Shown here: in pieces, positions 24,571 through 36,720 of the stretch
Layout of the letters: each line of letters starts with the position of its first letter
How positions within the stretch are numbered: the stretch's first letter is position 1
Assembly: GCF_006345805.1 (NCBI RefSeq)
Contig: NC_043005.1
Coordinates: 69,006,001-69,070,000, forward strand
Source of the DNA: Octopus sinensis
Lineage: Eukaryota
Length of the DNA: 64,000 bases
Reading direction: 5' to 3'
Translations under genes and position numbers: made by a program
The notes under the pieces: generated by a model
What the model saw: the letters and a program-made list of their open reading frames with translations, nothing else
Told to the model about the DNA's origin: nothing
Database searches by the model: none

Positions 24571-24741
24571 TTACCCACTACACACCTTTTTCCTCTCCTT
24601 GTTTTTTCTGTGTACTTTCCTGAAAAGAGCGTAGGCTCGAAACGTAAAATCCTTTTCTCTATTCCTGAGTGCTATACTAATACACCTGTTTGTTTTGTAC
24701 ACCACCTGTCTTCGTCTTTTTTTTTCGTAAACTATCCCTAT

Positions 24742-24745
<4 letters not shown>
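24569..24745 (+). mobile_element. (TA)n-flanked Penelope-like terminal repeat with minimal hammerhead motif
   Basis: 24616-24650 TTTC-CTGAAAA-GAGC-GTAG-GCTC-GAAAC-GTA-AAA: perfect 4-bp stem II, GUA triplet, G8A core variant; (TA)n on both sides. Confidence 0.7.
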
Positions 24746-24823
<78 letters not shown>

Positions 24824-25951
24824 TGCGTGCATGAATTTGTGTGTGCGTGTTTGTACATACGGCTGTGTAACAACAGCAAGAAAACGAAGTGCATCAGAAA
24901 ATATTTGAAACCTAAGAAATGCAAAAAAGAAAAAAAAACAATAGCTTCTCTCATGCTTATGATAATTTGATTCGAATGCGGCATTCATGCATCTATTATG
25001 GACAGAATCTTACGTCAGCTAAGATTTGTCTTAGATTAAATTGTGTTTCTTTCTTTCTTTTTCTGACATCCTTTCAGGTCTGTTTTCGGAGAATGAGAAA
25101 CCGGGTTCAGCCTATGTGATTTGGCTTTTTTCGCGTTTTTCTGTGAAAAATCAGTCAAGGACGATTCTCAATGTGCATGTCTTTTAAGATGTACCTTCTA
25201 TTTTTTTAATTGATGGTTACCTTCTATGATCTCATATAGTGACGGTCTTAGCTCCCATATTCACAATAAGGAATTTTTGCTTATTTACATTGTTATAACA
25301 CTTGTTGATTAATATCATATCTCACCACTCATGCTTGGTTTTGACTAGATCACTAAATCAGTTTCTGCATTTATCTCTGCTTGATAGTGATGCAAAACAG
25401 AACGCTTCCAGCTTCCTCTCGAGAGGTTTCTGCATGTTAATCTGATTAAGTTGACTGACTGCACATGTCACAATATTTTGTAAACTAAGACCACAATGAA
25501 AATCTCAGAAAAACGCGTAAGGAAAATTCTATGTAAGTCCATGATGATTCACAGCAAATTGTCCTAGTGTAACGTGAAGCATATTTGAAATTATGTCATG
25601 ATAACACAGGCAATTTTAAGTCTTAATAATGGTTTCCATGTCATATACTCAACGATGTTTAATTGAATAACACATCGCAAACACTGTCTATAAAATGTTT
25701 CGCTGTACCAATTCTATTCTGGTTGCAAAATGGCAATCAGGTTGGTGGCCAAATTCTTCATAGCATGATCAATCAGATCTTCCGCAATCTAAAATCCAAG
25801 TTAGGGAATAAAAGTATTACCATTAGGTGCACACTTTTAAAAAATGCACATTTCTGCCACTTAGACCGTTGTCCATGTTATTTTGAGAGTTGAGAGCGAT
25901 GAATTTTATACGGTCGTTCCTGATCTATTAATGATTAGTGTATTAGATCAT

Positions 25952-26198
25952 GTGGAGGCACGTTGCTTGGTGGTTAGGGTATAGGCATCGTGATCGTAAG
26001 ATTGTGGTTTCAATTCCTGGACCGGGCGACGCGTTGTTTTCTTGAGCAAAACACTTAATTTCACTTTGCTCCAGTCAACTCAGCTGGCAAAAATGAGTAA
26101 CGCTGCGATGGACTGGCGTCCCGTCAAGCTGGGGAACACATACGCCATTGAAACCGGGAAACTGGGCCCATGAGCCTGGCTATGCTTTAAAAGGGCGC
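25952..26198 (+). mobile_element. tRNA-derived SINE family C with V-domain-like segment
   Basis: GTGGAGGCACGTTGCTTGGTGGTTAGG head, GGTTTCAATTCC B-box-like, CTTGAGCAAAACACTT, then CTGCGATGGACTGGCGTCCCGTC. Confidence 0.85.
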
Positions 26199-26210
26199 AG
26201 TAATTTGTAT

Positions 26211-26515
26211 GGAGGCGCAATGGCCCAGTAGTTAGGGCAGCGGACTCAAGGTCGGAGGATCGCGGTTTCGATTCCCAGACCGGGCGTTGCGTGTGTTTAT
26301 TGAGCGAAAACTCCAAAAAGCCCCACGAGGCTCTGGCAGTGGGTGGTAGTGACCCCTGTTATACTCTTTCTCCACAACTTTCTCTCACGATCTCTTCCTG
26401 TTTCTCGAGTAAGGGTGCAATGGACTCGCGTCTCGTCCAGCTGGGGGGAACACCTACGCCAAAGAAACCGGGAAACCGGTCCCATGAGCCTGGCTTGGCT
26501 TGAAAAGGGTGAAAA
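26211..26515 (+). mobile_element. SINE with family-D 5' half and family-C 3' half
   Basis: 26211-26405 matches 48537-48730; 26406-26510 matches 26095-26198. Confidence 0.85.
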
Positions 26516-29500
26516 AGGAAAAACAGTATTTGATCATAGTGGCTGAGGTCAACAAGAATTTATCTATATTTCAATGCTAACACACATCTATATGAATTTG
26601 TACTGCCCAGTATTAATTAAAGGCTTTAAGGGGAATAAAAAGACAAAAGGTGTATATTATTGTACTTTATTTGTAAGGTCATCTAAATAGTTCTACACGC
26701 TTTCAAGTTTACTTATCACGTCGTAAATATTTCACAATGGAGAGATATGATTCTGGAAATGTTTCTTGACTGAAATCTCCTATGTAGAAATAGGCAATTT
26801 GTAGCCTTCTCATCTGTAATAAAAACAAAACAAAAGCGTGTTTGTCGCATCTTACTAAATCAACTTACCGCTCTTTTCCAGAACTGTGCCATTTATTGTT
26901 ATTGTTGCTTTCCTTCCGACTTTGCAGCTGTGGTCTCCTTAGATTGCTCTTCTTTCATTTTGTGTGATTACTTTGTTTTCATGCTTAATGTGAAAAATTT
27001 TCCTGATGCAGCTATATTCTGTTTTGGTTGTAGAATTTGCTGTGTTTTTAGGAATTATAATTATCGGTTGAACGGACACATTTATCGGCCCACGTTCCAT
27101 AGAATCTGATTTAATGTTGTGAAATACGTAATGTGTGATCAGGTGGCGTGAGTCGCTTGTTCCCATTCTTTTTAACTACATTACTTTGACCACCCACCAT
27201 TCGGAATTATTTTGGTTGACTTTGCGTTTTATGTAGAAGTACACGTACAGCTTTATCTGCTTTCCTATCGCTTAATTTTCTGTTATCGCTACTAAAGGAA
27301 ATATCTTTCTGAGAATCCTTCTATGTATGCTATTTCTGTTGCTGTTGTGCCTGATGCCGAAATCACTTCTGTTATAGTCATTGCAGCGGTCAGCTTACTG
27401 TCCGCAGTGGTTGAGCAGGTGCTCAGTTTTCCTAATAAATATTTAGAAGCAAAAAAAGTTTTGTGTAGCTAACTTTACACATTTACTGTAACCATAGATT
27501 CCTACTTTCTACTACAAATACTGTCGTTTTTAAAAGCATATACTTATAAAATTGTAGACATATGTATCTAATGGGTTTAAAGTGAATCAGACAATTGAAA
27601 TTCCAGCGATATTTCTGTTTTCTTTTCTAAGGGAGTTTCATTTTAATCGTATCGCCTCCCCATGTTCCTCCACAATTGTATATACCTTTGCAATGGAACA
27701 CTGCATTGTGAACTCTTTTCCAGTTTTATGGCAGGTGCATGATACATAATTGGTTTGAACAATACTTATTGGCACTAATCTCACCTCTATAATTCATGTG
27801 CAGCTGTCCTTAGCTGGGATCTTCATGCATAGACTATTTTCCATAGCGTCTCTGGTAAACACTTCTCAATTTTTGTTGCTTGTGTCTTATTTTTTATTGA
27901 CCTCACTTTATTCATTTTCAAAAGATCTTACTCTTTATTTGAATTCTCTCCTTGTGTGAAACTTTGTGGTTATAATATAACGCCATTACAGATTCCTATG
28001 TACAAATATTAATCTCCACAGATTGTCTGATTTCAAAAAATACGTTTTCATTTGTTTTCATCGTTATTGGTTTTGTTGCCGCTACTCAGCTGCTGTTGGT
28101 TGCTATGTGTCGTGCTATTTTTCTTTTCTCATATTTATTGATGTAGTGGAAACTTCGGGATGATTTCGCCGAGGCATCGCTGTTGATGATGCATTGTTAA
28201 AAAATTAGATGTATCTCAAAAGAATACACATCTACCACACATATGTCACGTAATACCGAACCTGCCATTTCAGTGCTATACGTGTCTATGCATAAGGTAG
28301 AAGTGCACACATACACATTTCAATGCTGGTCATTTCTATTATCTCTTAACACTTTACTCTATATGCTCATATTGTTTTTTTTTACGAAGAATGTTTATCC
28401 GAAGTTACTCGAACGGTAATAACTGTCCTCTATATAGTTAGAACTGTCACTGATCAGAACTGTATACAGATGACTGATCAAAACTGTATACATTTAAAAA
28501 CTATGACAACAGTCGGAATCAGCAAATGTAAATGTTTTCGAAAAACGAAATACAGAAAACTTCTCGATAGCAACGTTTCACCTTGGATTCTACAAGTCAT
28601 GTTAATAAAATCATAATAATAATAACAGTAATAGAGTTTTACTCAGTGGTATAACCTTATAGAAATAGTAAAGATATCTACTTCAGACACGCCATAAGAT
28701 ATTTAATAAATTATGGCTTCATGAGATTGTATAGCACACGTCTCGAGAGAATTAAGAAGGTTGAATAGTGTAATTTCTCTGACATAAAGCTAATCTGAAA
28801 ATAAAGAACGCGAGCCCACTTTAACATATGAAAATGTTACGACTTATCATCTGTTAACTCACTTTGCTAACGGGTTTTCTTGCAAACACTGTTCGTAAAC
28901 GTGACAATAACAAACATGTTTCGCCTCATAATCTCCATTTTCGAATGTGTGGTATTTTCTTTCTCACTATATTTTCACTTTATGAAACATTAATGAGAAA
29001 AAACGAATTAAGTATAGCGAAACTTGAAATGCTAAAATTAAGCTAAACATACAATCTATTTAGATTTGTAATGTTTGCAATACAAATCACAATTGAAAAT
29101 ATTCCACAAATATGTGGCTGGGTGCCTCATCAGCTGTCACAAAAAATATTCCATATTCTTCTCTGATGTCTGCTGTTTTACTATGCAATGACACTTTTGA
29201 GCAAAACATTGCGTTTGTCATTGACATATAGTTCTTGGGAAATAAATTCTTATACAATTAATATGTGCATGGAATTTGGGACCAGACTGTTAACATGCAT
29301 GCATCTCTATTTATATAATGTATCAAGTAGCGATGGTATAAACAATCAACTTCAGTTAGCTTTTGCAGTGGAGAGATTAATATTGCTACCAAGATGCGTT
29401 TTTGCGACCACACTTCTGGTGGTGCCGATTAGAAAAGAGGAGAATCGGATCAGAAACGTAATGTCAGCTGGTTCCTCCATAGTAAGGTCTACGAGGTCTA

Positions 29501-29639
29501 AGCTTATTCAAACTACTGAGTTAGGTCTTCCATCGGTCAAAATTCTCATAGAACATATATGATTATTTAATCCTTTAAATTTCTTGAGATAATATTTAAT
29601 TCTCTCTCTCATTACTCTCTCTCTAAATACATAAATACA

Positions 29640-29648
29640 CACACATAT

Positions 29649-29727
<79 letters not shown>

Positions 29728-29790
29728 TACACACACATATACGTATACAAACACACACACACACACATATATGTATATATATATACAATG
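29640..29790. repeat. (TA)n/(CA)n microsatellite
   Basis: Directly visible. Confidence 0.95.
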
Positions 29791-30091
29791 ATAAAGGGTA
29801 ACATTAATTAATTATTTAATAATTAATAATTTTACAAAGTAGTTCGGCATGTTAAAAGAACGATTATCGGTAAACTTATACAAAAATTCTATAATTATGA
29901 GTATAATTATAATTAGGGTTCAGCATAAGTTGCTTCACACATACTGAAATTTAGAAATACCAGTTAAAACTACTGAGTATTGCTGTCTGAAAGATATCTC
30001 ATAGTAGTAGAATAGTAGTTTTTAACTGCTATTTATAAATTTCGTTATGTTGTGAAGCACAGTTTGCGAAACCTTAATAATCATTATACTC

Positions 30092-30132
<41 letters not shown>

Positions 30133-30134
<2 letters not shown>

Positions 30135-30333
30135 AAGTTAATCCAAACCTGAAAACACAATGAGAAAACACAACAACGCGAGGACGTGGAACAAATATAG
30201 TATTATTGGACGCTCAGGAAAGAAGGAGGGTTCAACGTTTCGAGTGGAGCTCGTCGTTGGAAACATAGAAAAAGGAAAGATCCAGAGAAGGGAAGACAGT
30301 GGGGAAAAATGCCAACGGTACACACGAAGTCAC
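30133..30333 (-). mobile_element. (TA)n-flanked Penelope-like terminal repeat, hammerhead-like motif degenerate
   Basis: Clearly homologous to 62254-62440. Minus strand 30264-30232: TTT-CCAACGA-C-GAGC-TCC-ACTC-GAAAC-GTT-GAA. Confidence 0.75.
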
Positions 30334-32076
30334 TTTATATATATATATTTATACACACACACACATACATACCGTATCAACTTTTGCACGGCGTATGCAT
30401 ATTTAAATATCTGATTCAATCTATAATACAACTATGTTCGAGCATTGGATTGGAGACACTCATATTAACCATGTTGAAGAGTTACCTATTTTATCCTGTC
30501 AAATAGTAAGAAATGTGCTAGTTGAATTATTCTCTCTGTGAGATTAATACTTGTTTCACTGAAGCAATAAATATTTGGACAAAGCTTGAAATACCATCAC
30601 GATTTTGCGAATAGTCTATGCACTGAATGTCAGTATATATTAGTATATATTAAATTATTTAAAAGGTAATAAATATATCTTAGAGTACATTGAATCTATA
30701 GATTATTTCGACACTCTATTTCTACTTAAAATCTATTAGTTGTCAATGAGAATGTTGCGAAATTTTAATACTGTCACTCGGGGATAATAATAATGCGATT
30801 AACATACATAGAAAATATGAACTTTTATTAATGATTGCCGGAAAATAATGTATAAAAGTGAATCATCATTTTATATGCCAACAAACAATACATATATACA
30901 TTGTTTAGTTTACATTTAAGAGATGAAGTTTGCCCTTAGAGTTCTAGGTACAGACAGTAACATAAACTCAATCATCCCTTAAGACATGTTTCAATAGATA
31001 ATGTTGCCTGACTACACCTACGTGTAAAAAGAGGCTTTATGAAGAATAGATTATCTTTGGATTTTCAGCAGGCCAACCTGAAAGGTGTGCATCTATGAAA
31101 AGATTCGATCAAGCTATGATCAACTGTATTTTGTGGGCAGCATATAAGATTACATTATATGTTGTCATTTTTTATGTAAGGGAGTTGGGTGAGATTTGAA
31201 GGAGACGTGTTTGTAGTTAACGAACACTAAAATATTCATCTAAGCCGAAATCAATTATAGATTTGCCGGTTGCATTTTAGTTGTGTGTTTTATTATTTCC
31301 CTCAAAAGATGCGAGATCATTTATAACTTCTATATACTTTCAGTTATCTAATTCTGAAATTCGCAATGGTTTCCACTAACCTATGGCATCACAAACATGA
31401 TGTTGGAGATAAGTACTCAGAAAGAATGCTATAATGCAGGAACACAGATAAATGAACTTCTCTCTTCACGATATATTCAGTGTTAGTCGTTTAGCAAGCC
31501 CTGCGTAAATGAGAATGCAAGTAGGTATTCGAATATGGATGCATGTATACTATAGTGTTTGGAATTCAAATACGATAGGATTCCACTTTCCTATTCATCC
31601 TTTCTGGGTTTAAAATACAAGTAATCAATTGTACATTGGATCGATGTTGTAGACTTAACACTCCCTCTAAATTGCTGGCCTTCTGCCAAACTTGGAATCC
31701 GATATTACTTACAGAAGTGTAATATGGAGAAAGCAACATCATACCATGAATACAAACAAAAAAGAAAGAGTATTTATTACAACATGAATATATACCACTT
31801 TTCCAATAGGAAGTATGGTTTCCTTTTCAAAAGAACATAGATTGCTGAGGTGAGCATTTTTAAATTGCGGTCTCGGTTTAGTATAGTTTATGAGTCCGTT
31901 AAATCACATGACATTTTCAAGTTAAAGTACATGACAATTTCAAGTTACACATCAGGACGGTAGAATAAGAAAATTCAGAGGAGCAGCTTCGCATGTTATT
32001 AGCATTATATTCATATCTAGAGTACACCGCCTAACATCCAATCAGATTTTGTACCGGGAGAGCAATGGACGTCTGA

Positions 32077-32120
32077 GTTGATTGGAAGTTGATTGGAAGT
32101 TGATTGGAAGTTGATTAGAA
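32077..32120. repeat. Four tandem copies of the 11-mer GTTGATTGGAA
   Basis: Directly visible; three copies contain ATTGG (CCAAT on the minus strand). Confidence 0.9.
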
Positions 32121-33119
32121 GCATTTAAATACTGATAATTGTTCTTCGTGACTCAGACAACGTAATCTAGCTCGCCTTCAAAATTTACTGCAATAATACT
32201 TAAGGCAAATACAATGCATTTTATTATTTTACCTTTGAATGAGAGTTTTTTATGTGATAGCTTCTGAGGTGAAATCTCACATTCCTATAGCAATATAGAT
32301 TTCTCCACAGTCAGAAGTTTATTTCAGAGTAAAAATTTGTATATAATGGTGACTAATTACGTTAAGTATCTATAAAAAATCTTTATTAGTAAAATATATT
32401 CATCTTATTGAGAGTTGTTTCTCAAATGCTGATATATTTTTTATTAGAAAGTACATGAATCATGAGTTATGTACGCAGTGTGTCTGAATATAATATTCCC
32501 ATATTTCCAAAGCTCTCTGGAATTTAAATCCGTACACGCAGTCTATGCTTAGAAGTAACGTGTGATTATGTTTGGTTTAAAGGGAGTATTTTTACGGATA
32601 ATTTGATTGGATACTTAGTGACTGATTACCACGAAGTGGACCTTAAATCTAGTACAGCTAATGTCAAAATAACTGTAAGTGGTTTATTGATTATGAAATA
32701 AATATAAGCACATCTGCCTATTATTTAGAATGTTGACTAACATTAGTGCAAAATATTATTGGAAGAAAATAGCTCAACTCACCAGTCATATATGAAGAAA
32801 GCTATTTGTAAAAGACAACTTAAAATATAGAAATCGATTTATCCAATGTATGCGAAACTATAAATGATTGTGTGTTTACAACTGCATAGAATGTGTTATA
32901 TATGGCATTTAAGTATTAGAAAATTTTGCTTCAAGAATTACATCGCGTTTGATGTTAATTCAGCTGTTTCCTTGTGTCTTGCCTGCGAATACATTGTGCA
33001 AGATGAAAGGGAATTACATAGAATACGTATACTTACAATTGTGTAACATCATATTTCCAATACTATTCAATGTTCTATTAATAACTTAGGAAATGCACAT
33101 TCCTGTAGCTAACGCATAT

Positions 33120-33120
33120 A

Positions 33121-33177
<57 letters not shown>

Positions 33178-33250
33178 ATCTATCTATCTATCTCTCTCTC
33201 TCTCTATCTCTATCTATCTATCTATCTATCTGTCCATCCATCCATCTATC

Positions 33251-33334
<84 letters not shown>

Positions 33335-33362
33335 CATCCATCTATCCATCCATCTATCTTTC
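33120..33362. repeat. (TATC)n tetranucleotide microsatellite
   Basis: Directly visible; produces the IYLS-repeat ORF at 33093. Confidence 0.97.
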
Positions 33363-33484
33363 TATATATGGAGTGAGTTGGCTATTTGCATTTTGGTGAC
33401 ACTTAAAATTCTCAGTTTAAAGAAAGCAACGAGTCTTAACATTTTGGATGATATGAATTAAATGAATGAGTTATGAATGAGGGG

Positions 33485-34420
33485 AAGTATTTAGGAACAG
33501 GATTGGTTCGTGAAGCTATACTCAATTTGTAATGGCGTACAAATTTATGCACAAAAATTATAGATACCTGAAACACTACAAGAGAAAATTTTGAGGGAAT
33601 ATCATGCTGGATATCCTGGTCTTTTGAGGGTGAAAGCTTTAATGCGCACCTACGTGTGCTGTCCAAAAATAGATATGGAAATCAAAACTTTTATGAAAGG
33701 CCGTTGAGATGTGCTCTGGCAGCAAAATTACCGACGATAAAAAGTGAACCTTGGCCAAAAGTTCCATGGTCGAGGCTACACATCGATATCGCTGATTTAA
33801 ACGCTCGATAGTACTTAGTGGTAGTTGATAGTTTCTCTAAATGGTTAGAAATTTGGAATTGCAAAAAAGCAACCTCCTCAAATCTGACAATATTTTTACA
33901 TGAGCATTTTCGAGATTGGCACCCAAGACACAATAAAGTCTGACATTGGAACACAATTTGTATTTTTGAATTTCAAAATTTCCGTAAACCATTCGCCGTT
34001 GAACATGTAACTACGTGCATACTATTACAGATCTAACGGACAAGCAGAACGCTTTGTCGATACGTTGAAGAGAACCGTACATAAGTCGAATAAGGAAGTC
34101 ACGAGTGAGATAGCTCTACCACAAATGTTCAGAGTATACCATGTTACACCAAATTTAAATACATCTGCAGGTATGTCACCGGAGGAGCTGATGTTTGCGA
34201 GGAAAATAAAATCAGTTTTCGGCAAATTCCTACCTGCAAGAAAGAAAAGATGCAATGGAAAATACAGCAAGACTGTTCAAAAATGTTGAAAAGTTATTAT
34301 TGAGCGCATATAAGAACGGAAAACGGAATTGGGAAGATGATGGGATTACCAAACTCATAATAAACATGCTATACTAGGTAACAATCAGAAAAGGCGCATA
34401 CAAAAATACATGAACCAAAT
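33485..34420 (+). mobile_element. Ty3/Gypsy (K02A2.6-like) integrase pseudogene
   Basis: IPETLQEKILREYHAGYPG..VKALMRTYVCCPKID, CALAAKLP..PWPKVPWSRLHIDIAD, YLVVVDSFSKWLEI, RSNGQAERFVDTLKR; stops and frameshifts present. Confidence 0.92.
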
Positions 34421-34698
34421 AAAAAAAACAGCGAACCCAAGAGAATGGAAGAACGAACACAACTAAAGATGGATTGAACCTAGCCACACAAGTGCAACAC
34501 AAAGACAATGCACGGAGTTACTGGAAGTAGATGCCAAACAGGAAGATTATTAAATGTATAATGAAGAAAAAATGAAAAAATAAAGAGAAAGAGTCGGCCA
34601 AAAGTAGATGTACTTTTATTAAAATAAAAGAAAAAGTACTGTTATTAAAATAAATAAAACAGCCCGAAGACAAAAAGGAAAAAACTTACCAGGGGGGA

Positions 34699-34897
34699 TG
34701 TTGTGGGGATAATAGTAATAATGGTACAGCTCCACATAACAAGTGGTATGTGCATGTCGCTATAAAGAAGGTGATATCGTTCTGTATAAAGAGAGAGTAT
34801 GTAGTAGTCGGTCATAGATAGTCGTGCTCTAGTCATACTAACTATAACGCTATACCAGAATGGGCATTGTAACAATCTGGCATTAAGGATTACAACA
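34699..34897 (+). mobile_element. 3' LTR of the Gypsy element, preceded by a polypurine tract
   Basis: PPT AGGGGGGA at 34691-34698 immediately followed by TGTTGT; ends ACAACA (6-bp terminal inverted repeat); internal TATAAAG motifs. Confidence 0.75.
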
Positions 34898-34913
34898 CAC
34901 ACACACACACACA

Positions 34914-34950
<37 letters not shown>

Positions 34951-36079
34951 CAGAGTAATCACATAAAAGCGAAACACATTGGTAAAAATAGTACTGGAAT
35001 ACCTGAGGTAGATTCTAAACAAACGTGTTCGACGAACGGGTACGTGCAACTCTGAGTAACAGTTTTTGTGATAACTTAGCTGCTTTTTAACAAAGTATAT
35101 ATATCAAAAGAGAGAGAGAGAGAAGCAAAGGAAAGAGAGAGTGAGATATTACCGTCCACCAGCTAGTATTGAACCGCATTCGCTATTCAAATTGTTATAG
35201 TTGATAATATAATTTTCCTTTAAATGCTTTCTCCTATGTATTCATTCATCTAAATTACTAGTAACATTGAATAATTACAAATTTTACACAATAATTTTCA
35301 GTATTAGGAAATAATTTGGGATAACGGCTGAGGATAATGAACAGAATATTATTGAACCTAATATATTTAAAGATAGACAAAAATTAATAAAGGAAACAAC
35401 CGAAAAGAAATTTCAAGCGACACATGAATACGTTTTATGATAAGTATGTTGCCCTTAAATTTTGTTATAGCCAATTACATAAATACATTCAATTTGTATC
35501 CACTTCGATTTAATACGCTGTACTAGAATTTAACGATTTGTTGCAACTTAAGTTCGTAATTACCTCGGAATAATTCTTTGATATTTATAGATAAGTACTT
35601 GATATTTTTCGTATCAATCTTAGGATATACAGAAAATATACTGCAGTTCATTCCTAGATGGAACTATTCAAGTAAGCTTTCATGACGCCTATTTTTCTAA
35701 AATGTAATTATTATTGAAATTTCAAAGTACATGTAAAAACAAAAGGTAGATGTGTAAGTTTCTCTATCAAATAGATATATGGTTTGTTTTGTTACTCAGA
35801 TAACGATACTCCTCATTTTCAGCCGACAGCAATGATGGAGCGGCATTTCACAAAACAACACTAATAGATTATTCAAACATTTATAGATATTTTGCGTTTC
35901 CTGTTTCTTTCGTTCTTCTAAATTGTTTTTCTTTTATCTCCTCAGTTTACATGAATTTATATATTCTACTGTGTCCCATTAAATTACTTTATATTTTACG
36001 ACTGTGCAACTTTCATTGTGCATTGAATTATTAAGTTTCCAGGAATAATGAGATATATCCTTAACGCCCTTGCTGGTAA

Positions 36080-36720
36080 ATTAATTACATAGATTTTTCT
36101 CAATTCACAGTGCCTCGTCATTAGTTGCAGGGATAACAGCATACAACAGTGAGAACTAGACGGAAGCAGAAAATAGCAGGCAGTGAAGCGGCTGAAAGAA
36201 TAAGTTATTTCTTGGATTCACAATTCAATGGGGAATTAGAAACACTGTTCAATAGGACCCACAGAGGAAGAAAAAAAAGAGAGAGAGATATCAGTAGAAG
36301 CTGGTGTTGAAGGACATGCACGTTTCAGTGGAGGGAGAGCAATTAAGTCGAATAGTCTGATGTGGAAAGGAAATGCAGGGATGAAGTGTGAGTAGAGTAT
36401 AGTGCACAATGTTATCTGGTTTGGAATCTGGAAATGGAAAGTCAATTATTGATATATGGTACCCATGATGCCCTACTCATATCATCCAACCTATATACAT
36501 AGCATTTAATGGAAACCCTAGTATGGTTCCCTCTGTACTAATATTGCTACCTGAAGTCAGATCATAGGCAGGTGATTCAAAGTACTGAATTAGGAAATTA
36601 TTGCTGGAGAGTTCAGATGCTGAAGAAAATTCATTGTTAAGAAGAAAAGCAAAAATAATTAAGAAAGAACAGTATTGTGTGTTTAATACAAACAGCAAAG
36701 GCCTGGATGATAAGAAGACG
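36080..36720 (-). mobile_element. Probable CR1/Jockey-group LINE 3' end relic
   Basis: Minus ORF 36236 TLCTILYSHF...LPPLKRACPSTPAST...GPIEQCF resembles the SLxxFYRYFH...PPxxxRxxxTR...xxxY.xSF tail of these RTs; similarity is weak. Confidence 0.4.

Larger units (their letters stand above)
25180..28250 (-). pseudogene. Decayed multi-domain C-type lectin / Thr-rich (mucin-like) gene
   Basis: 28026-27627: ICGD*YLYIGICNGVIL*PQSFTQGEN..SIKNKTQ..LPETLWKIV, then after a frameshift NWKRVHNAVFHCKGIYNCGGTWGGDTIKMKLP (CTLD layout). 27431-26869: Thr/Ala-rich exon with phase-1 AG and GTAAGT ends. About 25340-25230: EW*DMILINKCY..YCE/NMGAKTVTI*D. Confidence 0.6.

Noticed and set aside
26211-26285. tRNA-like heads of SINEs (also 39450, 45633, 48537)
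   Set aside because: No complete cloverleaf with acceptor stem, and each continues into a SINE body; not tRNA genes.
29110-29140. WVPHQL mariner motif
   Set aside because: Isolated motif with no flanking transposase similarity.
29188-29562. 124-aa plus-strand ORF, and a possible minus-strand leader exon for the lectin relic
   Set aside because: No recognisable domain or convincing splice pair.
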